Position numbers and translations under genes: made by a program. A DNA stretch of 64,000 nucleotides, taken from positions 1 through 64,000 of the forward strand of contig JBLWGC010000123.1 in NCBI GenBank assembly GCA_048772705.1, written 5' to 3'. This DNA is from Leidyana gryllorum EB-2025a. Lineage: Eukaryota > Protista > Apicomplexa. The notes beneath the pieces are model-generated. The model saw only the letters and a list, made by a program, of their open reading frames with translations. It did not search any database and had not been told where the DNA came from. Below are positions 63,478 to 64,000 of this stretch, piece after piece (the first letter of the stretch is position 1; the number at the start of each line of letters is the position of its first letter).

Positions 63478-64000
63478 TGTTGTAACCCCAAGTCGCTACT
63501 CGAGGGGAACGAGGCCCAGTTCCCATCTCTGCATACTTTCGACCACAAGTCAGACTTAGAACCCAGTTAGTATTTTTGCCGACAAGTCTACCACGAATAT
63601 GTCGCACACGACGGCGCAAAACAAGAACTACGACTTGTTGTACCAAGTGCAAAAGTTATCTTAGGCCGCCTCTTGCCTAGTCCAACTCTGACTTAGCCAA
63701 CTTGCTTGCGTGTGTCTCTCGCTCTGGTGTCTCTCTCACTCCACCCATGTGCCAGTCGCTCGCACTCTTGCGGAGCCTCGCGCTGGACACACACGGTAGT
63801 TCTCCCCGACACCACACTCTGATCATTCATGTGAGTGTCTGCACAGTTACACTGTTGCAGAGAGCTCAGACCACCAGGGTGCATTTGCCTTTACGCTTTA
63901 GTAGTGGTTGCTTTACGTTCGTTAATAATGCCTTTTCACCATCTTATACATGCCCCTATATAAGTGCCAAATATGTAGGGAAGTATCCAGATGGATGTTA
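63478..64000. mobile_element. Family A element, inverted, truncated by the window end
   Basis: Begins TGTTGTAACCCC; inserted in a degenerate tRNA-Glu. Confidence 0.88.

Larger units (their letters stand above)
1..64000. repeat. Shuffled multi-isotype tRNA gene/pseudogene array spanning the whole window
   Basis: The same ~40 tRNA sequences and spacers recur throughout in changing order and orientation; no long unique sequence. Confidence 0.95.

Noticed and set aside
1418-63478. Fixed-distance targeting of insertions upstream of tRNA genes (Ty3-like)
   Set aside because: Sites lie inside pseudogenes, upstream and downstream at varied distances; at this tRNA density proximity is unavoidable
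1-64000. All ORFs in the six-frame track (60-234 aa)
   Set aside because: They are translations of tRNA genes and spacers; recurring 'GSIPG' and 'GIEP' peptides are B-box sequence. They overlap on all frames and are not preserved between duplicated blocks.
1-64000. CRISPR array or integron-like cassette array
   Set aside because: The repeats are tRNA genes in both orientations, spacers recur rather than being unique, and there is no cas or integrase gene
1-64000. Bacterial, phage or organellar tRNA array
   Set aside because: No encoded CCA; A34 anticodons for Ala, Ile, Leu, Pro, Ser, Thr and Val; eukaryotic iMet; C1-G72 Tyr with a 37/38 intron; LTR-type insertions
1-64000. 5S rRNA, U6, 7SL or spliced-leader RNA genes mixed into the array
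   Set aside because: I recognised none by eye; an Rfam scan would be needed to exclude divergent copies

Overview
This window has no credible protein-coding gene. It is a dense eukaryotic nuclear-type tRNA gene field with well over 200 recognisable tRNA genes, pseudogenes and fragments on both strands, roughly one every 200-300 bp. All 20 amino acids are represented, plus initiator Met. Eukaryotic signatures are the absence of encoded CCA, A34 anticodons, iMet with A1-U72 and a GATCGAAAC T-loop, and an intron-containing Tyr. The genes are not a simple tandem repeat. A limited vocabulary of tRNA genes and short spacers, many of them decayed tRNAs, is reshuffled into 0.3-2.7 kb direct and inverted duplicated blocks. 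Breakpoints often fall inside tRNA genes and create chimeric tRNAs. Most genes lack an oligo-dT Pol III terminator. Nine TG...CA insertions from five families (solo-LTR-like, 5-bp target-site duplications, no internal retroelement sequence) interrupt the field. One family carries three tRNA-like A-box/B-box modules. The organism cannot be named from the sequence alone. Coordinates were counted by hand, and not every fragment is listed.
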